From the human T2T-CHM13v2.0 reference genome, Homo sapiens: a stretch of 64,000 bases of DNA. This document shows, piece by piece, positions 31,050 to 47,913 of this stretch (position 1 is the stretch's first letter; each line of letters begins with the position of its first letter). The notes below the pieces were generated by a model. The model had not been told where the DNA came from. It ran no database searches and was given only the letters and a program-made list of their open reading frames with translations. Position numbers and translations under genes: made by a program. Location: assembly GCF_009914755.1 (NCBI RefSeq), contig NC_060929.1. One strand, 5' to 3'.

Positions 31050-32080
31050 TTAAGTTTACATCTACACTGATTTATCTTCTCAAGAAGACCCGGGCCTCTC
31101 TTTTCTTCTACTCAGCTTGCCCAGATGTATTGCCTCCTGCCCCAAGTTCTGTTTGTCCTTCCTTCACACAAATTCATGCACCCTTCCCCTTTCTATCCCA
31201 ATTATCACAACCTCGGTTTAGGTCTTTATATCTATTTTCCGAACTATTAAAAAAGCTTCCTAAATGATCCTTCTACTTCTAGGCTCTCCCTATCCACACT
31301 CTTTTAAAGGTAGGATCAGCCTGTGTATAGCACCATTTAAACTGTAATGAACAAAAGACTTAAAAACTATCCATACATAACAGGTGCCAAAATGAGCACT
31401 TGGAATACACAGATTTTGAAAGACACTCTCAGGAATGGACTTTCTGCCCTGTTCAAACTGATGTTTCCCTGAGACAGGTTCCATATAGCAGCAGTTTTCA
31501 AATTTGGGGTGGGGAGGGGGAGCTTTTTTTTTTTTTTTTTTTTTTGCCCTCCAGGAAAGATTTGAAGTGTTCGGAGACATTTTTGATTGTTAAAATTGGG
31601 GTGAAGGAGGGAGTTACTGGTATCTAGTATGTAGAGGCCAGGGAAGATGGTAAGCATACTAAAATGTACAGGAAAGCTCCCACAATAAAAAGTGTACAGT
31701 ACAAAATCTCAATGGTGCTAAAGTTAAAAAAGTCTGCACATGTTCATAAATAACTGACACATTTTCTCTGAGTTCAATGCTTCCCATCTCCATATAATCA
31801 AATCCTACCATTCTCCAAAGTTTGTTTCAACCTCATCTCTCCCAGTTCTCTCTCAAAGTTCCCAAAGCAGTTCTAATCCAAATTACTCACAGTGGGTCGA
31901 TCAAGCATTATCTTCCTTTGGAGGTATTGTCTGTGTCCCATGTGCCCTATCTTCCAATACCCTATCTTGTCAGAGCATAGCTGCAAGTCATTGGGCCCAT
32001 ATTCCACCGTATTGCCCACAGCACTGACACACATTACACAATTATTTAATACTTGTTATTCAAAGATGAATCCATCAGTA
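31050..32080 (+). mobile_element. Degraded L2 split by MER20
   Basis: L2 3' motifs ending cacagcactgacaca..taatacttgtt..gaat. Confidence 0.5.
31489..31736 (+). mobile_element. MER20 hAT-Charlie MITE (with internal poly-T expansion)
   Basis: ggagacatttttgattgt, tactggtatctagt..gtagaggccaggga, caaaat.tcaat.gtgct. Confidence 0.85.
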
Positions 32081-32310
32081 TAGAAACTGACAACTGAAGT
32101 GGTCAGAAAAGAAAATGCTGCAGGGCTCAGATTGGGGCAATTAATCTACAGCAATCTTATTGAGAGCAGAGATAAGGGAAATGGGAATATAGAGAAAGAT
32201 AGGAATGAGGACTCCAGGATGTACTACCTAGAATAAGAGAATTAGAATGTGTATTTACTTTGATATGATTTCTTTTACAGGAAAAAAAAAAGAATGTGCA
32301 TTTAATCAGA

Positions 32311-34010
32311 TTTTTTTTATTGTGGTGAAATACACTCAACCTAAAATTTATCACCTTAACCATTTTTAAGTGTACAGTTGTATGGCATTAAGTACATTTA
32401 TATTGTTGTGCAATCATCACCACCATTCATTTCCAGAACTTTTCAATCTTCCCCATTAAAATTCTGCATGCACTCAGCACAAACTCTGCATTTCCTCCTT
32501 CCCCCAACCCCTGGCAACTACTATTCTACTTTCTGCCTCTGTGATTTTGTCTCCTCTAGGAACCTCATCAAAGAGGAATCCCATACAATATTCGTCCATT
32601 TATGATTGACTTATTTCACTTAGCATGTCTTAAAGGTTCATTCATATTATAGCATGTCAGAATTTTCTTCCTTTTTAAGGCTGAATAATATTTTATTATA
32701 TGTATATATCACACTTCATTTATCCGTTCTTCTGTTGATGGACATTTGGGTTACTTCTATATTTTGACTATTGCTGAAATGCTTGTTGTGAACATGAATG
32801 TATAAATATCTGTTCAAGTCCCTACTTTCACTTCTTTTCAGTATATATCCAGAGGTGGAATTACTGGGTCTTGTGGTAATTCTGTTTTTAATTTTTTGAA
32901 GAATTTCCGTACCATTTTACATTCCCAGAAGCAATGCACAAGGGTTCCAGTTTCTGCACATCCTCACCAACATTTGTTATTTTCTGCGTGATTTTTTTTT
33001 AATAATAGCCCTTCGAATGGGTGTAAAGTGGTGTTTCATTGTTGCTTGATTTGCATTTTCCTAATGACTAGTGAGGTTAAGCATCTTTTTACCTGCTTAT
33101 GGATCATTTATATATATTCCTTGGAGAAATGTCTACTCAAGTCCAACTTTTAATCAATTTTTTTGCTGTTGTTGTTCAGTTGTAGAAGTTCTTTATGTAT
33201 TCTGGATATTGGTCCATTATCAAATACATGATTTGCCAATATTTTCTTCCCTTCTGTGGGTTGTTTTTTCATTCTGTTAATAGCGTCCTTTGATGCACGC
33301 AAGCTTTTAATTTTGATGAAGTCCAACTTAAATAATTTTTTCTTTCATTGCCTGTGCTTTTAATGTCATAGCCAATAAGTTATTGCCAAATCCAATATCA
33401 TGGAGCCTTTCCCCTATGTTTTCTTCTAAGAGTTTTATGCTTTCAGCTTATACATTTAGGTTATTGATCCATTTTGAGTTAATTTTTGAATATGATATAA
33501 GGTAAAGGTCCAACTTCATTCTTTTGCTTGTGGTTATCCAGTGTTCCCAACAGCACTGGTTGAAAAGACTGTCCTTTACCCCATTGAATGGTCGTGGCAC
33601 CCTTGTCAAAAACCATTTGACCTTGTATGAGAGAAATTGATTCTGAATTCTCTATTCGACTCCATCGGTCTATATGTCAGTCTTTACACTGGTACCACAT
33701 GGGTTTGATTACTGTGTTTTGTAGCAAGTTTGAAAATCAGGAAGTAGGAGACCTCCCACTTTGGTTTTCTTTTTGAAGATTGGTTTGGCTATTCAGACTC
33801 CTTTGAAATTCCATATGAATTCTAGGATGATTTTTCTGTCTCTGCAAAAACTGTTGTTGGAGTAGGGATTGCATTGCATCTATAGAGCACTTTAGGTAGT
33901 ATTGACATCTTAATATTTAGTCTTTCAATCCATGAGCACTGAATATCTTTTCATTTATGGTGTCTTCTTTAACTTCTTTTACAAGCATTTTATAGTTTTC
34001 AGTGTACTAG
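32311..34010 (-). mobile_element. 5'-truncated L1MB (MB2-4-like)
   Basis: L1MB 3' end ttattgtggtgaaatacac..ttaaccatttttaagtgtacagtt followed by ORF2 C-terminal sequence; flanked by aatcagattttttt on both sides. Confidence 0.85.
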
Positions 34011-34236
34011 TCAATCAGATTTTTTTTTTATTATTACACTTTAAGTTCTAGGGTACATGTGCACAACATGCAGGTTTGAAACATAGGTATACATGTGCCA
34101 TGTTGGTTTGCTGCACCCATCAACTTATCATTTACATGAGGTATTTCTCCTAATGCTATCCCTCCCCAAGCCCCCTACCCCCTGACAGGCCCTGGGGTGT
34201 GATGTTCCCTGCCCTGTGTCCAAGTTATCTCATTGT

Positions 34237-38083
<3,847 letters not shown>

Positions 38084-38146
38084 TATGATGTTCACTGGTT
38101 ATTTTGCCCATTAATTTATGCAGTTTCTTCATAGCATTGATGGTCT

Positions 38147-39166
38147 TTACAATTTGGTAGGTTTTTGCAGTGGCTGGTACCAGTTGTTCCTGTACATGTT
38201 GAGTGCTTCCTTCAGGAGCTCTTGTAAGGCAGGCCTGGTGGTGACAAAATCTCTCAGCATTTGTTTGTTTGTAAAGGATTTTATTTCTCCTTCATTTATG
38301 AAGCTTAGTTTGGCTGGATAGGAAATTATGGGTTGAAAATTGTTTTCCTTAAGAATGCTGAATATTGGCCCCCACTCTCTTCTGGCTTGTAGGGTTTCTG
38401 CCGAGTGATCCACTGTTAGTCTGATGGGCTTCCCTTTGTGGTTAACTCGACCTTTCTCTCTGGCTGCCCTTAACACTTTTTCCTTTATTTCAACCTTGGT
38501 GAATTTGACAATTATGTGTCTTGGTGTTGCACGTCTCGAGAGTATCTTTGTGGTGTTCTCTGTGTTTCCTGAATTTGAATGTTGGCCTGTCATGCTAGGT
38601 TGGGGAAGTTCTCCTGGATAATATCCTGAGGAGTGTTTTCCAGCTTGGTTCCATTCTCCCCATCACCTTCAGGTACACCAGTCAAACATAGATTTGTTCT
38701 TTTCACATAGTCCATATTTCTCGGAGGCTTTGTTTGTCTCTTTTTACTCTTTTTTTCTCTAACCTTCTCACTTCATTTCATTAATTTGATCTTCAGTCAC
38801 TGATACCCTTTCTTCCACTTGATCGAATCAGCTATTGAAGCTTGTGCATGCATCACGAAATTCTCATTCCATGGTTTTCAACTCCACCAGGTCATTTAAG
38901 GTCTTCTCTACACTGTTTATTCTAGTTAGCCATTCATCTAATCTTTTTTCAAGGTTTTTAGCTTCCTTGCAATGGGTTTGAACATCCTCCTTTAGCTCAG
39001 AGAAGTTTCTTATTACCGACCTTCTGAAGCCTGCTTCTGTCAACTCGTCAAATTCATTCTCCGTCCAGCTTTGTTCCATTGCTGGCGAGGAGCTGCCATC
39101 CTTTGGAGGAGAAGGGGGCGCTCTGATTTTTAGAATTTTCAGCTTTTCTGCTCTGGTTTCTCCCAT
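38147..39166 (-). pseudogene. L1 ORF1, disrupted
   Basis: MEQSWTENEFDEL and RRATPRHIIVKFTKVEIKEKVLRAAREKG...RPALQELLKEAL fragments. Confidence 0.92.
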
Positions 39167-40187
39167 CTTTGTGGTTTTATCTACCTTTGGTCTTTGATGT
39201 TGGTGACCTATGGATGGGCTTTTGGTGTAGATGACCTTTTTGTTGATGTTGGTGCTATTCCTTTCTGTTTGTTAGTTTTCCTTGTAACAGTCAGGTCCCT
39301 TAGCTGCAGGTCTGTTGGAGTTTGCTGGAGTTCCACTCCAGACCCAGTTTGCCTGGGTATCATCAGTGGAAGCTGTAGAACAGCAAATATTGCACAGCAG
39401 CAAATATTGCTGCCTGATCCTTCCTCTGGAAGCTTCGTCCCAGAGGGCAGCTGCCTATATAAGGTGTCCATTGGCCCCTACTGGGAGGTGTCCCAGTTAG
39501 GCTACATGGGGGTCAGGGACCCACTTGAGGAGGTACTATGTCCGTTCTCAGAGCACAAACGCCATGCTCGCAGAAAAACTGCTCTCTTCAGAGCTGTCAG
39601 ACAGGGGTATTTAAGTCTGCAGAAGTTGTCTGCTGCCTTTTGTTCAGCTATGCCCTGCCCACAGAGGTGGTGTCTAGAGGCAGTAGGCCATGTTGAGCTG
39701 CGGTGGGCTCCACCCAGTTCGAGCTTCCCAGCTGCTTTGTTTACCTACTAAAGCCTCAGCAATGGCAGACCCCTTTCCCCAGCCAGGCTGCCGCCTCGAA
39801 GATCAACCTCAGACTGCTGCGCTAGCAGTGAGCAAGGCTCCTGCTGAGCCAGGCACGGGAGAGAATCACCTTGTCTTCTGGTTGCTAAGACCTTGGGAAA
39901 AGCACAGTATTTGGGTGGGGAGTGTCCCATTTTTCCAGGTAGTCTGTCATGGCTTCCCTTGGCCAGGAAAGGGAAATCCCCCAACCCCTTGTGCTTCCCA
40001 GGTGAGGTGATGCCCTGCCCTTCTTCAGCTCGCCCTCCATGGGCTGCACCCACTGTCCAACTGGTCCCAGTGAGATGATCCAAGTACCTCAGTTGGAAAT
40101 GCAGAAGTCATCCATCTTCTCTGTCCATCACGCTGGGAGCTGCAGACTGGAGCTGTTGCTATTCGGCCATCTGGGCAACTCCGAGCA
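39167..40187. promoter_or_regulatory. L1 5'UTR: sense promoter (minus) and antisense promoter/ORF0 region (plus)
   Basis: Position in a full-length L1; YY1-like agatggcc at the 5' end; ORF0-like ATG at 39762; activity not shown. Confidence 0.55.
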
Positions 40188-40402
40188 TCAGTCAGAGTTT
40201 TTAAAGAATGTTATTTTTTTGCAAGCAACATAATAACTGTATAGAAAATTTAGAATAAAAATTATTCATCCCAAATCTCACTTTCCAACAAATCATTTGG
40301 CCTCATTTTCCACATGTCTCCTTTAAGTTTTAGCTGCATATATAGATAATTTCAACATAATTATAATCATGTCATGAATCCAATTTTAAACCTGGGTTTC
40401 TT

Positions 40403-40703
40403 CTTTTTTTTTTTTTGGCAGGATCTCACTCTATTGCCCAGGCTGCAGTGCCGTGGCACAATCATAACTCACTCATTAAAGCCTCAAATTCCTGAGCTCA
40501 AGCAATCTTTTAACCTCAGCCTTCTGAGTAGCTGAGACTACAGGCATGCAACACCAATGCCTGGCTAATTTTTCAAATTTCTTCATGGAGACTGAGTCTC
40601 TCAATGTTGCCCAGGCTGGCCTTGAACTCCTGGGCTCAAGAAATCCTCCCATCTCAGCCTCCCAAAGCACTGGGATTACAGATATGAATTACCACATCCA
40701 GCC
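40403..40703 (-). mobile_element. AluJ
   Basis: Full dimer; TSD aacctg(g/a)gtttctt. Confidence 0.92.
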
Positions 40704-41704
40704 AGAACCTGAGTTTCTTTAACTTATTATTATATCCTACCCATTTTTCCACATTTTCATATAGTCACTTTAAGAGATTTTTAGTGTGCTGGACCAATAG
40801 CAGACTCTGATAGGGGAAAAGACAGCCAGTTCTTTTCTACCCCTTTGGGAAGGGGTAGAAATAAAAAAATCTTCTTTTTTTTTTCTCTTTGAGTAGTGAA
40901 AATAAATACTTCCTAAGCAAAAATTAAAACAAGAGATTCAAAGACTGCCCCCAGGGAATTCCTTTTGGTTCTTCGATGAGAACAGTCACAATTCAAAATA
41001 TATTGACTGGCTTTAGCTATGTCTCCTCTGATTCCTCTCGAACCTTAACTCTAAAACATAACATGTAATATTTGCAACCCATCTTAAAAGACAAGAATCC
41101 CAGTGCATAAACAACACGTATTTGCTGCACTTTTCACAGTGGATGATGGATATATTTATATCCATCTGCAACTCTTGATTACTCTGAGTTTACTCAGAGT
41201 TTTCCATAGATGTTCAGAAATTCTGTGAAACTGGATCAAATCCAAATAGGTTTTCACATGAAGAGCCCATCTTAACAATATTTGATTTTATCACCTTTCT
41301 TGTAATGAAAAACTAGGCTGACAGTATTGGGTGTTCAATTGGGAGGTATGAATTAGTAAAGACAGGTTTTGGAAACTTTGCCATGCCAAGCTTTTTAATC
41401 AGAGTAGTGAACGTGCCCCTACAGTGAAAGCAGCCTGTCCCCTAGAATTATCTCTCTTCACGTAGTTAGAAGGAGCCTGTACGTACTTGACTGCACCCAT
41501 GAAAACCCACAGCTTCACCTTTCCTTTCCAAGATTTGTGACATTTCTTAGATAAATTTGAGGACTGATGAAATGTAAGTAGAGGTCCTGGATTCCGCCTT
41601 TCTTTAACTGTTCCCTACCTTTTTAATTTTTTTTTCTTAATTTGAAGACCATGTATGTCTAATGAGACTTTCTTAAGATGTTATGAACCAAAAATTTTTG
41701 ACCA

Positions 41705-41755
41705 ATTCTTTTTCTTCTTATTATTCTTCATCATCATTATCATCATCATCATCAT
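41705..41755. repeat. Compound trinucleotide microsatellite (TTC/TTA/TCA)n
   Basis: ttcttcttattattcttcatcatcattatcatcatcatcatcat. Confidence 0.8.
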
Positions 41756-43307
41756 AGACTCTTATTCTAATTTTAAAGCTGTTTATATAAATGTCTCAAT
41801 AAGTCACATTTTTCTACTATCACTACTTTCTCAGGGTTCAGCAATTAAAACATGGTTACAGCACATACAGTATTCCTTCTAATTAACTTCTGTTTCCCTT
41901 CACACTCAGTTTAAAATGAAATATTTTTTTAACTGGAATATATTTTGATAGGCTTAAATTAAAACTTTTTTTAATGCCCAGAGTCCAGCCCTAAAAGATC
42001 TGAGACCTTACTCAGATCTCAGAGGTTAAAATAACGAACAACTTACTGAACAGCTACTAGAGAACTCATTAGTTTCACTTTTCAGGCTGGGTGCCAAAGG
42101 TGGGCTGCTTCCATCTGTGGGACACACACACACCTTATTGTAGACTGCAAAATGCACATATTTTAGCCAGTCACTTTCAGCATGTTCCAGGAAAGTAGAT
42201 AGCTCCATTAGGTAATGTCAGAGAAGATAAATATGTTTCAATTACTTGCCAAAAATGCTTAGTGAGCATCAGAGAGATGCATTCTGCTTTCCAAATTACT
42301 AAGCAGACTATTCAGAAGTACTGAAACATTCATTTTTCATTGCAGATTCTTGACCAGAAGCCAAGGACAGCTGTCTTCCTCTAACACCCTATGGTGATGC
42401 CCACAGGAACTCTCTCCTTTCAGGGTTCAACCCACTAAAAGGTGTGAAAGGATGTGCATTTAGCAGCCCTGACATCTACGATTTGACTGAAGGATTTTAA
42501 GCACAGAAACCCATGGATCCCGGAAGGGCCATGATCTACCTTTAGATGCTTTGTCTCAGTAATAGCAATGTGTCTGGGTTTCTCTGCATAAATATACTGA
42601 AATAAACAATCACAGTCTGTATGTTATTTGTATGTATAAATATATAAATGTATGAATAGGTATTATGCATCTTTCTGGAAAGTAGGACCTGAATCTAAGT
42701 CATGATATAATTAAAACGTGGCATTTCGCTCGATGTATACAAGTGGTACAGTGAAAACATCAACCATTTCTGAAAAACTGTTTTTGAAAATCAACTTCTA
42801 GGACTATCTGCATCAGAATTATCTGACTTTCAAAAACTGCAGATTTCTGTGTTTCCCTGAAGGTAGTGTCTTGGAACTTGCTTTTTAACAAACACTCTAG
42901 GAAATGGCCTCTTTCTTAAACATCTTTTATCCAAGGAGGACTCCCTGAAAGTCCCCCTGAGAGGGACTAAGTTCTTTTTTCCCCCTTGGTAGAAGGAAAG
43001 AATTAAGCATTTACACTGCTGAATTGGTTTAGGCAAAACTACCCATTAAAATAAGGAGCAGTTAGTAGCATTATTATGATGTCTGTCGAGTAAGTCATCT
43101 TTTCTCATTCTGGCTTTTCCTCCATTTTTCTCCATTATGCTCCAGCTGTGGGCCCTCAGTTATTCTCACTGATCTTTATCTAGCTCACTAAATGGCAGAG
43201 ACTAGCCACCATGGCCACTCCATTTAGGGCATGACTAAGTTATCAAATGACTATTGCTTATTAGTAACTCATACTGGGTGACTAGAATCCTAGCTAGATT
43301 TTTCCTT

Positions 43308-43703
43308 CTGACCACTAGGCTGCTTGGGTTGCTATAACAAAATACCACAGACTGGATGACTTAAACAACAGAAATTTATTTACTTACAGCTCTGGAGACT
43401 GGAAGTTCAAGATTAAGGTGCCAGTCGATTTGATTTATGGCGAGAGCTCTTTTCCTGGCTTGCAGAGAGCTGCCTTCTCATTGCGTGCTCCTGTAACCTC
43501 TCCTTACTTAGTCTGTGTGCTTGCAGAGAGACCTGATGTGTCTTCCTCTTCTTATAAGGGCTCCAACCTTATTGGGTTAGGGCCCCACCTTTATGACCTC
43601 ATTTAACCTTTATTGCCTCCTAAAAGACCTATGCAAATCCAATCACATTGGGAGTTAGGGTTTCAACATGTGAATCTGCGGGGGACGGAAATCATTCCAT
43701 AGC
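43308..43703 (-). mobile_element. MLT1A-type MaLR solo LTR
   Basis: gctataacaaaataccacagactgg..acttaaacaacagaaatttatt; agggccccacctttatgacctcatttaacc; ends ccatagca. Confidence 0.85.
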
Positions 43704-43709
43704 AGTCCC

Positions 43710-44155
43710 TTAACTGGGGAATGAATAAATAAATTCTGGTGCATCCCTACAATGACATAATAATCAGCAGTAAAAAAAGGAAGAAACTGTTAAAACACAA
43801 AAGAACATGGATAGATTTCAAATATGTTATGCTACGTGAAAAAAACCAGATTAAAAGGGCTACATATTGTATGAGACTATTTATATGACATTGCCTGAAA
43901 AAGGTAACCCTAGGGGAACAGAAAACAGATCAGTTGTTGCTAGGGATTGGGGAAGGGTTTAACCAGAAGGGATATGGATAATATCTGATATTACCCTGAT
44001 ATAAGTAAAAATGTTTTGATGTGATGAAAACTGCTCCATATCTTGACTGTGGTGGTGGTTACATGACTACACATGTTTGTCAACACTTGCAAGACTGTAC
44101 ACTAAAAGGGTAAAATTTACTACACCTAAATTATATTTCATATTTAAAATAGGAA
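43710..44155 (+). mobile_element. L1ME1-like 3' end
   Basis: agaaaacagatcagttgttgc, tatcttgactgtggtggtggttacatgact. Confidence 0.8.
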
Positions 44156-45599
44156 AGAACCCACCTGTTCCGTGTCCTATATTCTACTGGCTAGTCATCA
44201 CATTATGTCTGGTAATGATATAACCGTTCTTCCCTACCAAGGTTTTTTCTTTTCTTCTTTCTAAATTAAACAGAGCCTTCCAGGAAAAGTTAATGTCTTA
44301 ATAAAGCAGTGAATCTCAATGAAAGTTTGGGGAAAGATTTTTTCCATTGGGTTGGGATGTCCTTTGTATAATCCCACAAACCAATGTCACTTACTAAGTC
44401 TCCAAGCCCATGAACTAATAATATTGCTAAAAAGGGTAAAATAGAAATCTTTAGAAACAGAGCCCTGAGCTTTCTTCCTTTGAGCCAGCTTTTTAAAAGA
44501 ATGGACAAAGACATCAAAGGGATCCACAGAGCATGAACCCAACCTTCTCTGTCCTATAGCAACACTTGCTCAGGGCAGGAGAGCTAGGTTTCCTTTCCTC
44601 TGCTGATGTCCTCCTCCAGGTCTCCTCTACTCTCTTCATTTTCCTGCCATCTCCCTGGTGTCCACACAGCAGCCAAATATCATTTCTACCATGTTTTGTC
44701 ATTGACTAAAAGAAAAATGAGCAAAGCCCTTTGTTATAACAACATCAGAAATTTTTTAAAATCCCACCAAGCAAATGAAAGCCACAATCCGTATTAGAAC
44801 CTGTCTCAGAGGAAACAAGTAGCACAGCATTGATAGGCTGTCAGTTAGAGGATGTGGGAAATGGGCAGGCAAATTTTCTAACACATTATTCCCTAGGGAG
44901 TTTCTCCATTTATTTGATAAGCTGTAAACTTTGCTTAAAATAGTTTTGTGGAATCTTCAAAACAAGAAGTTTTGCAGAGGTCAACTTGTCCAGGATGACA
45001 ACAAACACAACTTTGCTTCAAAATAAAATCATCCACCCTTTTTTCACCTATTAGATTTCTCTCACCACAGTATGCAAATAGTCAGCTTTGCACACTGTGG
45101 AATGATGGGTGGGAGTCTGTTACCCAAACAGTTTCCAAGCTGGGGAATTCATTTGAAAATTAGATGGGGCTGGAAGAGGGGATGTGCATATGGGCACAGT
45201 TGTTGGAGGAACTGTGGACCTCTGTTCTGCCCCAAGAACCCAAGCCTCAAGACTTTACTGTGAGTCTGAGGACTGTGTGTGTTGGGGCTGGCCTGCACAG
45301 GAAGAAAGCTAAGCTATTATTAAGAATAGCTCTGCAAGATAGTTAGGATTCAGACTTGTCTGTCCACGCTTGCTGCTCAATCTCTGCAGCTGCAGAAAGC
45401 AGCCCTGCATTGTCTTTGTCAGATCTGGGCGCCCAATGAAACCCAGGAAACCATCCATTCCTCCCCACCCCTCTCAGCTAGTCACTCATGCCCTATTTTT
45501 AGGATTCCTTAGCAACTGAGCGGCCTGTTATTCCATAACTAATATTCTGCATTCCTGATCCCATTACTACGCTTACCACCCCACCAAATACATGCTGTA

Positions 45600-45970
<371 letters not shown>

Positions 45971-47605
45971 AATTTTCTGTATTTGAAAAAGCCAGAGGAC
46001 AAGAGAGCTGCATCTTTCCCACTATGGCCCCAGTATGGAAAGTAGGGGGAGAATTTATATTCTGAGTCCCTTGGCCTAAGGAATTCTGCCATTTTCATTG
46101 TAAACCACAGAAGCATTTGTGCTACTGTTGTAAGATGTTGTAACATAAGGAGGTGGGGGAAAATACTCTGCTTTTTTCAACTCTGGATCATTTTTAATTA
46201 TTCAGTCTTGGCAGGTCTACTTCTCACCATTATTCCTCTTACTAACAGCTTGTTTCTAGTCTTAGCTTGGTGGGAATGTTTGACTGTGTGATATATTTTG
46301 GGAAAATCAGCTAGAGTCATTGAATGTACAAATGAAGAAGCTCATTTTATAGATATATAAATTAATTTAACTTAGTGCTATCCTTTAAAAAACTAGTCTA
46401 TTTTCCACAAGAAAATCCAAGTTTAAATGTATCATATTTATTACAAACGCTCTTTTCTGACAAAAAAGATACTATTTTTCTTTTACCATGAGAACTTGAT
46501 CATAGCCAATGATGCTACAATGAGCTTTCAACAAACACCAACGTACTTTCAAGTCAGAGCAGTATGGGTTCTAGAATCACTGACATAACTTTGCTTCTGT
46601 TTTCCTATGGTAGCTGATATGCTCCACTGAAGAATTTGTCTTTGGTAGAGCCTGAAGCAGAGCATTCTTTTGGGACAGGCCCTTCATTTTCTTGCCAACT
46701 ATTTGCAGCTTTGGCTGTTCAGTGCAGAGCTCATATCACTCTGGTATTAAATGGAATGATGTAAGTAATTTGCATTACTATGAGCTCTAAACTCTTCGGC
46801 CCATGGGTTCTAAACTCTTTTGATATACATTAGAATATATCTTGTCTTAACATTAACTTCAGCCAAATAAACCAAAAAAGAAAATAAAGAAAGTTATCAT
46901 GGGATTCTGGGAAGGTTAGACACACTGGTTGGCTCAAAGAATCTCCTTCCTTTTACCTAGAATATTACATATGTCCTAACAACCCAGTGAAGTAGGTCAC
47001 TATTATGACTAATGCCCCTGAAGTTAAGGTATGTGCAGATTTCACACTGCACTCTACAATTTTGCCATAAGAATCTGTCTTTTAGACATTGTCATCTGCT
47101 CTTGAGAAATACGATGGGTAAATGTATTCCAATAGTTTCATCTACATTAATATACTTTTTCAAAAAAATGTGTATTTTAATTCTCATCTAAACCTACCAA
47201 ATGATGTAAATAATTTTCATTGTTGTCTAAGATAAGCCAAAAGGACCACTTTTGCCTCAGCCATCTATGTGTTTGAACAAAAGTACAATTTTGGTAGAAT
47301 TATTTAGACGATTTGCCTCAATTTTCAGAATCATTTTGACCCTTCTGATGTTTTGGTAGTTTTAGCCATATGCTACACTGGATGACTTGCACTGTGGGGA
47401 CCAAGTGGTTCTCTGGGGACCTTAAGGACCCAGAGGTCTTTGTTCCTCTAAAGGCAAAGAAAAAGCTTTCAGCTAAGGAGCTAGAGGCAGAACGGAAAGA
47501 CTAAACCACTCCAATGCTGCTGTCCTTGCAGCTGCTCTCCCTTCTTCAAGCTTTTCAGCCCAGAACAAGAATCCATCCAAGGTCTGGTTAGATGTCTTTG
47601 TTTCA

Positions 47606-47913
47606 GGAAGCACAGAGAGGCTGATTAATGGAAACAAATATACAGTTTGATAGAGGAAATAGATCTAGTATTTGATAGATCAGTAGGGTGACTATAGTTA
47701 ACAATAATCTATTGTACATTTCAAAATAGCTAGAGGAGAATAATTTGAATGTTTCTAGCATAAAGAAAAGACAAATATTTAAGGTGAGGACATTCCAGTT
47801 ACACTGATTTGATCTTTTGAAATTACATAAATGTATTAAATTATCACATGTACCCCAAGATATGTACATTTATTATATACCAATTTTTTAAAGTAAAAAG
47901 AAAAGGAAAAAAA
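47606..47913 (+). mobile_element. L1MA5/6-like 3' end
   Basis: tagggtgactatagttaacaataatctattgtacatttcaaaatagctag..cacatgtacccc plus A tail. Confidence 0.85.

Noticed and set aside
39194-39751. 185-aa + strand ORF
   Set aside because: Antisense translation of the L1 5'UTR, commonly open in L1PA copies; non-ATG start and no evidence of use
47411-47435. Imperfect 25-bp palindrome ctctggggaccttaaggacccagag
   Set aside because: Isolated and imperfect; compatible with chance
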